Assembly (NCBI GenBank): GCA_009711765.1
Contig: VEND01000050.1
Location: forward strand, 8,502 to 72,501
Length of the DNA stretch: 64,000 bases
Source of the DNA: Bacillota bacterium
GTDB taxonomy: Bacteria > Bacillota > Clostridia > Tissierellales > MES13
Direction: 5' to 3'
Positions 49,421 through 57,160 of this stretch are shown in pieces. The position numbers and the translations under genes are program-made. Below the pieces are notes generated by a model that worked only from the letters and a program-made list of their open reading frames with translations, ran no database searches and had not been told where the DNA came from. Position 1 is the first letter of the stretch, and each line of letters begins with the position of its first letter.

Positions 49421-50068
49421 ATGAATATAAAAAACAAATGGGAAAATATACATAGTTTAAAAGAGCACCACATCACTTATTTATTATATTTAGAAGGAAA
49501 ATCTATAGAAGCTATATCAGTAATTAGAAAAAAGAATAAAAAGGAAGTAGAGAAGGATATTATTAAATCCAAATTGGAAATAAAAGAAAATACAAAGGAC
49601 AAAGATCTCTTAATAGACATTATTAGTATGGAAAAGGAAAAACGTTTAAAATTTATAGAAAGAATGGATAATAAAACAAAAGATAGTCTTTGTAATGATG
49701 TGTATAGAAGATATATAAAATTTAAAAATGTTGAAGATAGAATGATATTAATATGGCTAATTGGAGAGTTAAAGGATGAAAAATTGTTACCATTTTTAAG
49801 AATGGAATTAAAAAGTAAAAACACTAATTTTAGAAGACTAGCTTGTTCAGCATTAGGAAAAATTTCTAACATAAAAACAAAAAGATGGTTGGAGGATATG
49901 ATTGATGATAATAATCCTCAAGTTAGACAGTATTCAATAAAAGCACTAAAAGAAATTGGAGATTTCGAAACGATAAATAAATTAGAAAGTGTATTAAAAA
50001 ATCAAAGAGAAAAAGAATATGTTAAAAGGGCAGCTAGAAATGTTATTGAATGTATTAGTGATCATTAA
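49421..50068 (+). CDS. HEAT-repeat protein with a possible N-terminal HTH
   Basis: The C-terminal half has HEAT/PBS-lyase-like repeats (NFRRLACSALGKISN...NPQVRQYSIKALKEIGD). The N-terminal ~50 aa (HITYLLYLEGKSIEAISVIRKKNKKEVEKDI) resemble a sigma-70 region-4-like HTH; that part is inference only. Confidence 0.6.
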   Translation: MNIKNKWENIHSLKEHHITYLLYLEGKSIEAISVIRKKNKKEVEKDIIKSKLEIKENTKDKDLLIDIISMEKEKRLKFIERMDNKTKDSLCNDVYRRYIKFKNVEDRMILIWLIGELKDEKLLPFLRMELKSKNTNFRRLACSALGKISNIKTKRWLEDMIDDNNPQVRQYSIKALKEIGDFETINKLESVLKNQREKEYVKRAARNVIECISDH

Positions 50069-50531
50069 TTTCTAGCGTATTAAGAGTATTCTTCACAATG
50101 TTAACAATATTAGGGTATGTTTTTAAAGTTCCTTTAGCAACAATAGGTCTACCAAAACTTACTAAATTAAGTCTTCTTGAACTAAAACCTCCTATTTTCA
50201 TTAGCAAATTGACCGCTGGCATTGTATCAATTAATATATAATCATTTTTATTTCCTCCTGCTAAAAGCCACGTATCCTCAATAGCAGGAATAACAATTTC
50301 TGGTACGAACTGCCTACTTAATGTAAATATTTTATTACCTTTTATATCTAATCCTCTATAAATAATTCTTCCTCTATCCTTTTTTGTTAATGTATCAAAA
50401 TAAGGGATTGAATATAAATCTTTTATTTTTGGCCTTTCATTCATAGGTAGTTTCCCTAGATGAACAGCCGCTGCTATAGCAGAAGAGTGTGTACCACCAA
50501 CACAATGATAAATGATATGCAAATTAATCAC
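50055..50531 (-). CDS. DUF3189-like uncharacterised protein
   Basis: 158 aa. The N-terminal motif IIYHCVGGTHSSAIAAAVHLGKLP matches my memory of DUF3189. Its 3' end overlaps the HEAT gene by 14 nt. Confidence 0.55.
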   Translation of the reverse strand: MINLHIIYHCVGGTHSSAIAAAVHLGKLPMNERPKIKDLYSIPYFDTLTKKDRGRIIYRGLDIKGNKIFTLSRQFVPEIVIPAIEDTWLLAGGNKNDYILIDTMPAVNLLMKIGGFSSRRLNLVSFGRPIVAKGTLKTYPNIVNIVKNTLNTLEINDH

Positions 50532-50713
50532 CTTCCTTAAAGTCTAATAATAGTATTACCTAAAATAATAATCTTATTAAATAAGGTATAAAAAAAATAA
50601 AGTTGTTAATGATTAATATATAAGCAAATTAGAATGAATATTCAGAAAAGTATTGAAATTAACCAAAATTTGTTATATCATATTTATAAGAATAGGGAGG
50701 AGGCGTTGTCAAA

Positions 50714-51145
50714 ATGCTTTTCAGAAATTGTGCTGGCGGTGTGGTATTTAAGGACCAGAAAGTATTCATATTGAAAAATGAAAAAGATGAATGGGTTTTA
50801 CCTAAAGGAAGAATTCGTAATGGTGAACTTGCTGCAGAAACAGCTGTTAAAAGAGTTAATGAAGAAACTGATTTAACAGTGGAAATAGTATCTACAGCAG
50901 GAGAAACTAATTACGAATTTTATTCGTTTTCAAGACAAAGGCCTGTAACTAATGAGATTATTTGGTACTTAATGGAAGCCAAAGATGAAGAGTTTGAAGT
51001 AAATAAAGAAGAAGGATTTAAAGATGGTGGGTTTTACGATATAGAAAAAGCAATAGAGATGATAACTTATAGTCAAGATAAGTCATTAGTAAGTCTCTCA
51101 TATAAAAAATATCTTGCAATAAAAAAAGATTTAGAAATAGCTTAG
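50714..51145 (+). CDS. NUDIX hydrolase
   Basis: Nudix box GRIRNGELAAETAVKRVNEETDL. GGGAGGAGG upstream. Confidence 0.8.
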   Translation: MLFRNCAGGVVFKDQKVFILKNEKDEWVLPKGRIRNGELAAETAVKRVNEETDLTVEIVSTAGETNYEFYSFSRQRPVTNEIIWYLMEAKDEEFEVNKEEGFKDGGFYDIEKAIEMITYSQDKSLVSLSYKKYLAIKKDLEIA

Positions 51146-51152
51146 AGGGTAG

Positions 51153-51180
51153 AGGGTAGTTTAACTACCCTTTATTTTTT
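51153..51180 (+). terminator. Terminator after the NUDIX gene
   Basis: AGGGTAG tttaa CTACCCT, then TTATTTTTTT. Confidence 0.8.
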
Positions 51181-51228
51181 TGTTACTAGTGATATAATTT
51201 AATTATATTTTTTATAGGGAGAGATTAT

Positions 51229-51879
51229 ATGGAAGATAGATATAACACAATATATAAGTTTGGGTTTGATGAGTTTGTAGAGAAAAAATCTAGATTCATA
51301 GGATATGCTAAACCTATATCTTCAGAAAAGGAAGCTAATGAATTTATTGAAAAAATAAAATCTAAGCATAGAGATGCTACACATAATGTACCAGCATATG
51401 TATTTGGAGAAAATAATATTGTACAAAGATATAGTGATGATGGAGAACCTAGTGGTACAGCTGGAATACCAGTATTAGAAGTGATAAAGAAAGAAGATCT
51501 AAGAAATATGGTAATAGTAGTTACAAGATATTTCGGAGGAGTTAAATTAGGAGCAGGAGGCTTAGTAAGGGCTTATACACAGGGAGCTAAAATCGCAATA
51601 GAAGCTTCTAAGAAAATAGAAAAAATATTACATAAGATAATAAAGATTAGAATAGATTATACTTTGTATGGAAAAGTAGAGAATGAGTTAATGAAATTAG
51701 GCTATAATATAGATGAAGTTAATTATGATGATCAAGTTAATTTAATTACTTTATGTCAAAAAGGAAAAACAAAACAATTATATGAACTTATTACTAACAT
51801 TACCAGTGCAAAAGCAGAGATACATGATATAGGTGAAGATTATTATAGTGTTTTAGAAGGTAAAATATTAAAAAAATAG
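51229..51879 (+). CDS. yigZ: YigZ / IMPACT family protein (UPF0029)
   Basis: Contains KSRFIGYA..., HRDATHNVPAYVFG...QRYSDDGEPSGTAGIPVLEV and TRYFGGVKLGAGGLVRAY. Confidence 0.85.
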   Translation: MEDRYNTIYKFGFDEFVEKKSRFIGYAKPISSEKEANEFIEKIKSKHRDATHNVPAYVFGENNIVQRYSDDGEPSGTAGIPVLEVIKKEDLRNMVIVVTRYFGGVKLGAGGLVRAYTQGAKIAIEASKKIEKILHKIIKIRIDYTLYGKVENELMKLGYNIDEVNYDDQVNLITLCQKGKTKQLYELITNITSAKAEIHDIGEDYYSVLEGKILKK

Positions 51880-51930
51880 AAGTTTTGATATACCTAAGAG
51901 GGGTATAAAGATATAAAGGAGGTAAGTAAT

Positions 51931-52329
51931 ATGGATACTATTGAAAAGAATAAAATAGAAATGCTAAAGAAGAAAAAATGGGCAGTGGTAGGAGCAACTA
52001 ATAATGAGAGTAAGTATGGATATAAGATATTTAAAAAGTTAAAGGAAAATGATTATTTAGTTAATCCAATTAACCCTAAGTATGATTTTATTGGAGATAG
52101 TAATTGTTACGCTTCATTAAAGGAATTACCTGTAAAGCCTGATGTTGTGGATGTGGTTGTTCCACCTAAAGTATCTAAAAATGTAATAGAGGAAGCTAAT
52201 AAATTAGATATTGAATACCTTTGGTTTCAACCAGGAACAGTTGATGCAGAAGGTATTGAATTAGCAGAGGATTATGGAATAAAAATTGTATTCCATGATT
52301 GTGTATTAGTAGCTTTAGATAATAATTAA
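51931..52329 (+). CDS. CoA-binding domain protein (YccU/YneT-like)
   Basis: Contains KKWAVVGATNNESKYGYKIFKKLKENDYLVNPINP. 132 aa. Confidence 0.8.
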   Translation: MDTIEKNKIEMLKKKKWAVVGATNNESKYGYKIFKKLKENDYLVNPINPKYDFIGDSNCYASLKELPVKPDVVDVVVPPKVSKNVIEEANKLDIEYLWFQPGTVDAEGIELAEDYGIKIVFHDCVLVALDNN

Positions 52330-52330
52330 A

Positions 52331-52681
52331 TTATTTTTTTACTTTACTAAAAATTTCATAGCTGCCCATTAAAAATAAAAATATAGCAAAGAAATTTTTT
52401 AGATTTTCAGAAGAAATGTTTACTGCCAGATAAGAACCAAAAAAGGCTCCTATAACACCTGATATAATTAAAGGGATAGCAATCTTAAAATTAATGTTTT
52501 TATCTTTAATGTGTGTAGTTAAAGCTACTATAGCCGTGGGGATAAATACGAATAAATTAATACCTTGAGCTTGTTGTTGACTTAACGATGAAAAGAATAT
52601 TAAAAAAGGGATAAGAATAGTTCCACCACCAATACCCATCCCTCCGATGATACCTGATATAACCCCGATTAATAAAAGCAT
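52331..52681 (-). CDS. Half-size TSUP (TauE/SafE) family membrane protein, second of a coupled pair
   Basis: 116 aa, about 4 TM helices, with the GMGIGGGTILIPFL motif. Its ATG overlaps the upstream stop as TAATG. Confidence 0.75.
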   Translation of the reverse strand: MLLLIGVISGIIGGMGIGGGTILIPFLIFFSSLSQQQAQGINLFVFIPTAIVALTTHIKDKNINFKIAIPLIISGVIGAFFGSYLAVNISSENLKNFFAIFLFLMGSYEIFSKVKK

Positions 52682-53040
52682 TATTTAATCACCATCCTAA
52701 TTGCAGCTATTATCATAAATAAACCAAAAATTTTTCTAAGGATTGTACTAGGTATTTTTTTTAAGAGTTTAGCACCACTAAAGCCACCGATAATACCACC
52801 TAATGCAACTAAGATAGCTATCTTAAAGTTAAGCATTCCATTATTAAAGTAAATAAATGTACTTATTAAAGTTAATGGCAAGATAATTGATATAGCTGTA
52901 GCGTGGGCTTTGTGTTCTTCTAAACCTAGAATAAATACTAAGGAGGGAACAATTATTGTACCGCCACCTGAACCAAATAGACCATTGGTGATACCAGTTA
53001 AAAATCCAATTATTAAAATTTTTATATTTATCTTTTTCAT
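52681..53040 (-). CDS. Half-size TSUP (TauE/SafE) family membrane protein, first of a coupled pair
   Basis: 119 aa, about 4 TM helices, with the GLFGSGGGTIIVPSL motif. Confidence 0.75.
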   Translation of the reverse strand: MKKINIKILIIGFLTGITNGLFGSGGGTIIVPSLVFILGLEEHKAHATAISIILPLTLISTFIYFNNGMLNFKIAILVALGGIIGGFSGAKLLKKIPSTILRKIFGLFMIIAAIRMVIK

Positions 53041-53177
53041 GTAAAACTCCTTTAGAGATTTTAATACTATTTTTACATGAAAATTATTAAGATATACTAA
53101 GAATAAGTAAAAATAATTTGATATACTGATTAGGTTATGCTATTATTAATTTTAAAAATGAGTGGAGGTAAATATAA

Positions 53178-53903
53178 ATGAAAAAAATAGAAATTTTATG
53201 TGATGAAATAGTACAGTGGTTAAAAGAAAAAGTGACTAATGCGGGTTGTAAAGGGGTTACAGTTGGCCTAAGTGGAGGTATAGATTCAGCAGTAGTTGCA
53301 GCACTTGCTAAAAAAGCATTCCCTAATGATACATTAGGAGTTATAATGCCATCACATAGCAATCCAGAAGATGAGGAACACGCAAGATTATTAGCAGATA
53401 GTTTAAATATAGAAACTAAAAAGATAAATTTATCGGAAACTTTTGATACATTATTAAAAGAATTAGACGACAAAGGTGACAATCAGCTTGCAGTGTCAAA
53501 CATAAAACCAAGGTTAAGAATGACAACATTATACTATTTCGCACAAAAGAATAAATATTTAGTTGCAGGTACTGGAAACAAAAGTGAATTTACTATTGGA
53601 TATTTCACTAAATTTGGAGATAGTGGAGTAGATATTTTACCTATAGTAGATTTAGTGAAAGAAGAAGTAAGGGATTTAGCTAAATATTTAGAAGTACCTG
53701 AAATAATAATAACTAAGCCACCATCTGCAGGACTTTGGGAAAACCAAACTGATGAAGACGAAATGGGTATTACATATAAAGAACTAGACCATTATATAAA
53801 AACTGGAGAGGCTAAGGATAGTATAAAAAATAAAATAGAAAATATGAAAAAAGCAAGTGAACATAAAAGAAGATTACCTAAAATGTTTATAGCTAATAGA
53901 TAG
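53178..53903 (+). CDS. nadE: Ammonia-dependent NAD+ synthetase
   Basis: PP-loop GLSGGIDSAVVAAL, plus KPRLRMTTLYYFA and GTGNKSE. Confidence 0.9.
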   Translation: MKKIEILCDEIVQWLKEKVTNAGCKGVTVGLSGGIDSAVVAALAKKAFPNDTLGVIMPSHSNPEDEEHARLLADSLNIETKKINLSETFDTLLKELDDKGDNQLAVSNIKPRLRMTTLYYFAQKNKYLVAGTGNKSEFTIGYFTKFGDSGVDILPIVDLVKEEVRDLAKYLEVPEIIITKPPSAGLWENQTDEDEMGITYKELDHYIKTGEAKDSIKNKIENMKKASEHKRRLPKMFIANR

Positions 53904-53909
53904 AACCTA

Positions 53910-53936
53910 AAGCCCACTATTTGTGGGCTTTATATT
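53910..53936 (+). terminator. Terminator after nadE
   Basis: AAGCCCAC tatt GTGGGCTT, then TATATTTT. Confidence 0.75.
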
Positions 53937-54000
53937 TTAATTGATGTAAGTAAGGTTTTATGCTAAAATGTTTATGTATTTGATAAAAGGAGGTTTTAAA

Positions 54001-54744
54001 ATGGCTGGACATTCAAAGTGGGCCAATATCAAACATAGAAAAGGAAAGCAAGATGCAAAAAGGGCAAAGATTTTTACAAAACTTGCTAGGAAAATAACAG
54101 TTGCTGTTAAAGAAGGCGGAGATGACGAGGAATATAATCCTGCATTAAAAACAGCAATAGAAAAAGCTAAAGCACAAAATATGCCTAATGATAATATAGA
54201 AAGGGCAATTAAAAAGGGAACAGGAGACTTAGAAGGAGCAAGCTTTGAAGAATTATTATACGAAGGATATGGACCAAGTGGTGTTGCAGTTATGGTACAA
54301 TGTTTAACTGATAATAAAAATAGAACTGCATCAGATGTAAGGCATTATTTTGATAAATATGGAGGTAACCTAGGTTCAGATGGATGTGTTTCTTTTATGT
54401 TTGATAGAAAAGGACTATTAGCTATAGATAAAGATAAAAATATAGAAGAAGAAGAATTAATGCTAGAAGCAATAGAAGCAGGGGCAGAGGATTTTCAAGT
54501 TGAAAAAGATTATTTTGAAGTAATAACTGTACCAGAAGATTTTTCTAAAGTAAGAGATATACTTAAAGAAAACGGTTATAAATTTTCTACAGCTGAAGTA
54601 TCATTTGTACCACAAACTACTACAGAATTAAAGGATGAAAAAGATATTAAAGATATGTCAAAATTGATTGATGCGTTAGAGGATAATGATGATGTACAAG
54701 AAGTTTATCATAACTGGGACATACCAGAGGATCTGGATATATAA
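54001..54744 (+). CDS. YebC/PmpR family DNA-binding transcriptional regulator
   Basis: Begins [28 protein letters not shown].... The start is set at ATG 54001 (AAAGGAGG upstream); the track starts 33 nt earlier. Confidence 0.92.
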   Translation: MAGHSKWANIKHRKGKQDAKRAKIFTKLARKITVAVKEGGDDEEYNPALKTAIEKAKAQNMPNDNIERAIKKGTGDLEGASFEELLYEGYGPSGVAVMVQCLTDNKNRTASDVRHYFDKYGGNLGSDGCVSFMFDRKGLLAIDKDKNIEEEELMLEAIEAGAEDFQVEKDYFEVITVPEDFSKVRDILKENGYKFSTAEVSFVPQTTTELKDEKDIKDMSKLIDALEDNDDVQEVYHNWDIPEDLDI

Positions 54745-54770
54745 AAGTTACTTAATTATAAAATACTAGA

Positions 54771-54804
54771 AAAGAGAGAGTGAATTTACACTTTCTCTTT
54801 TTTA
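54771..54804. terminator. Terminator between yebC-like (+) and the Ser-tailed gene (-)
   Basis: AAAGAGAGAGTG / CACTTTCTCTTT stem (one G-T pair), T-run after and A-run before. Confidence 0.8.
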
Positions 54805-54811
54805 GTATCAA

Positions 54812-55168
54812 TTAGACATTGATAACTATAGATGCACCAGAAGATGCAGAAGATGAAGAGGATGCTAAGGATGAAGAGGATCCAGAAGATGAAGAAGTTA
54901 CTGGTATTTCTTGGTCTGGAGTTTCAGAGGTTACTGAATCCCTAGTACGAGTGAAAATATACAAATAATATGAATAATGGATACCATTTTGACCATAATT
55001 TCCTGTTGTCACTTTTAGATCCTTCAATTCCCATCCATAAGAGTCAAGGAAATACAATGCACGTGCAATGGAATAACCTTCGCTTAACCAAGAATAAATA
55101 TGGTGAAATTGATCTACCGATATTATTTCCTTGTGGTCTGCAAGGATTACTTTATAATCATGGGACAT
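54812..55168 (-). CDS. Orphan small protein: ~75-aa globular N-domain (possibly DUF4177-like) plus Ser-rich C-terminal tail
   Basis: AAGGAGGTG lies 5 nt before the ATG. The N-domain is HDYKVI...YGWELKDLKV.... The tail is SSSSGSSSSLASSSSSASSGAS. No confident family assignment. Confidence 0.6.
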   Translation of the reverse strand: MSHDYKVILADHKEIISVDQFHHIYSWLSEGYSIARALYFLDSYGWELKDLKVTTGNYGQNGIHYSYYLYIFTRTRDSVTSETPDQEIPVTSSSSGSSSSLASSSSSASSGASIVINV

Positions 55169-55173
55169 ACGAA

Positions 55174-55217
55174 CACCTCCTTGTTAAATTCTAATATATA
55201 GTATTCATAAGGAGGAG
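55174..55217 (-). promoter_or_regulatory. Anti-SD / SD inverted repeat in the leader of the Ser-tailed gene
   Basis: Plus-strand AAGGAGG (55209-55215) is the exact reverse complement of CCTCCTT (55176-55182). On the minus-strand RNA, CCUCCUU can therefore pair with the AAGGAGG of the SD across a 26-nt loop. A TATAAT (minus strand) lies at 55255-55250 upstream. Confidence 0.4.
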
Positions 55218-55562
55218 AAATGTTCTAATGAGGTATTTAAGAAATTAGAATTATAGCTGAGAAGAATGTAATATTTGAGCAGTTTATGTATATACTTTTT
55301 TAACCTCACTAAAAAAAGTTTCTTTTTAGCATTATTAAATTCTTTGATGCGATTTGTCCATCTAAAATTAGTTCAAATTTAAAATGGACCCTTTCTCTAT
55401 AATTTTTCCTTTGAAAACTATAGAAATATTAATAGACTCACTAGAATTTTAATAATCATTAATTGATACTTTATAAGACAATGATCTTTAGATTGATATC
55501 AAAAGTGAGGTATGTAAGAAGATATGAATATATAAATTAGTAAAAAATATTTGTGTAAAAAT

Positions 55563-55616
55563 AAAAAAGCTCTAAAGCTATTGTTGAAATATTAACAGTA
55601 ACTTTAGAGCTTTTTT
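55563..55616. terminator. Bidirectional terminator downstream of the bactofilin gene
   Basis: AAAAAAGCTCTAAAG (55563-55577) / CTTTAGAGCTTTTTT (55602-55616) with a 24-nt loop. Confidence 0.7.
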
Positions 55617-55716
55617 ATAAAAAGAGTATTATATTTTCATTTTAAATTAATTAATTTCCATACTTAGTACATAAGCTACTAAATTTAATAAGACTTAATA
55701 TTATTAAAATTTAGCT

Positions 55717-56052
55717 TTAACTCGCTATCTTCTCATAGAGTTTTTTACTGTTACCAACAAATACTGCCCCTTTCTCCATAATTAATTTCTTAGTAGTTAT
55801 ATTGCCTTCTAAATAAGAATCCTTTAATAAAGTAATTTCATCAGCTATAATTTTACCGTAAAAACTTCCCTTTACAGTTACATGTAAAGCATTTATTTCA
55901 CTAGTTACCGTAGCTGTGGAATCAATAAAAACATTTTCCGGACATTTTATATTACCTATAAAAACCCCAGATATTTCTATAGAACCTTTAGATTCTAAAT
56001 TACCATTAAATTGAGCATCTTTATGAATATATATATCAGTAGAGTTGTCCAT
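55717..56052 (-). CDS. Bactofilin family protein (DUF583, polymer-forming)
   Basis: 111 aa of beta-helical repeats (IEISGVFIGNIKCPENVFIDSTATVTSEINALHVTVKGSFYGKIIADEITL...GAVFVG). AGGAGG upstream. Confidence 0.8.
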   Translation of the reverse strand: MDNSTDIYIHKDAQFNGNLESKGSIEISGVFIGNIKCPENVFIDSTATVTSEINALHVTVKGSFYGKIIADEITLLKDSYLEGNITTKKLIMEKGAVFVGNSKKLYEKIAS

Positions 56053-56258
56053 GAAAATCGCCTCCTAGGGAAAAATCTCTTTATTATTTTAATTATATAA
56101 TAATTATTTAAAAAAATAATGAGACTAATGTAACAATTATTCTAGGTAAAATGATATATTAAAATATCATAATAAATGTTATCATAAATGATAAACAATT
56201 TTTTAAGAAAGAAAGGTATAATGAAATAAATAGAGAATATAAAAATAGGAGTGATTAT

Positions 56259-56429
56259 ATGAGTAAAGAGATTAAAATTATTTTAGATGAATTGAATTTC
56301 TCAATTGGACGTATAAATGAAAAGAAAAAAAATAAAAAACAAATTACTGACAGAGAATACTGGTATAGAGAAGGTCTAAATACTGCAAAAGAAATAGTGC
56401 TAAAGGTTAGAAAACTAAATCAGGATTAA
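56259..56429 (+). CDS. Hypothetical 56-aa protein (below the ORF-track cut-off)
   Basis: Hand translation gives MSKEIKIILDELNFSIGRINEKKKNKKQITDREYWYREGLNTAKEIVLKVRKLNQD. TAGGAG lies 8 nt upstream. The 3' end overlaps the HPP gene stop by 4 nt. No homology recognised. Confidence 0.4.
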   Translation: MSKEIKIILDELNFSIGRINEKKKNKKQITDREYWYREGLNTAKEIVLKVRKLNQD

Positions 56430-56938
56430 GTTAAATCTATCAAAACAGATCTTAATAGTCTTTTTACTAAAGACATTAATATTACTGAACAAAAGACAAA
56501 TAATATAGTTTTATAGTTCCAAGAATTTAATACTAAAGCTAGAGACATACCTACTGCAGGGGGGTGCTCTGTATCAGTAATAACCATTGTAAGTATCGTT
56601 ATTCCTACAGAGATAGACCCAAATAGTATGAAAATAAAGTTTTGAGTACTTGTAAGAAAGTTTGAAATTAATAAAGTAGCTACAATATTAGAAAGAATTC
56701 CTATGACTATTCCTACTAAATATCCTCCTACTAAATTTCTACGTTGTGCTGTAGTAGAATTTGGCATTGCAAATACTATAAAAGTTGTTGCACCTAGACT
56801 TGCTATTATACTTGCTTGAGTAAATAGATTTAAAAATAAAAGAATAATTAGGATTGTAACAGTAGCCAGAGAGCATTGTAGTACATATCTTGTAACGTTA
56901 CCTTTAGCTTTTTTATCAAATAATTCCATGTTTAACAC
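56426..56938 (-). CDS. HPP family membrane protein
   Basis: 170 aa, 4-5 TM helices, with the signature TDTEHPPAVGMSLA. Confidence 0.8.
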   Translation of the reverse strand: MLNMELFDKKAKGNVTRYVLQCSLATVTILIILLFLNLFTQASIIASLGATTFIVFAMPNSTTAQRRNLVGGYLVGIVIGILSNIVATLLISNFLTSTQNFIFILFGSISVGITILTMVITDTEHPPAVGMSLALVLNSWNYKTILFVFCSVILMSLVKRLLRSVLIDLT

Positions 56939-57160
56939 CTCTTTAAATTATTATAACGTATTTATAATATCAATATTTTTAAAAAAGTTCAAAAATATAA
57001 TGCTATTTTATTAATTTTTGTATTTTCCATTTAATTTATCACGAAAATATGTTATATTAATACTTGACTCTTTTTTTCAAAATAACAATAAAAATTACTT
57101 AATACGACAAAGGATAAAAGGTTAAATCCTCTAATAGAAAAGGAAATAGGGAGGACTAGT

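Noticed and set aside
51144-51157. Tandem direct repeat AGAGGGT AGAGGGT after the NUDIX gene.
   Set aside because: There are only two 7-nt copies, and the second is simply the left arm of the terminator hairpin.
55220-55248. Plus-strand mini-ORFs after a strong AAGGAGGAG: ATG TTC TAA (55220-55228) and ATG AGG TAT TTA AGA AAT TAG (55228-55248).
   Set aside because: They are 2 and 6 codons long with no downstream + strand gene for about 1 kb. The G-rich 9-mer is better explained as the complement of an anti-SD in the minus-strand leader (see findings).
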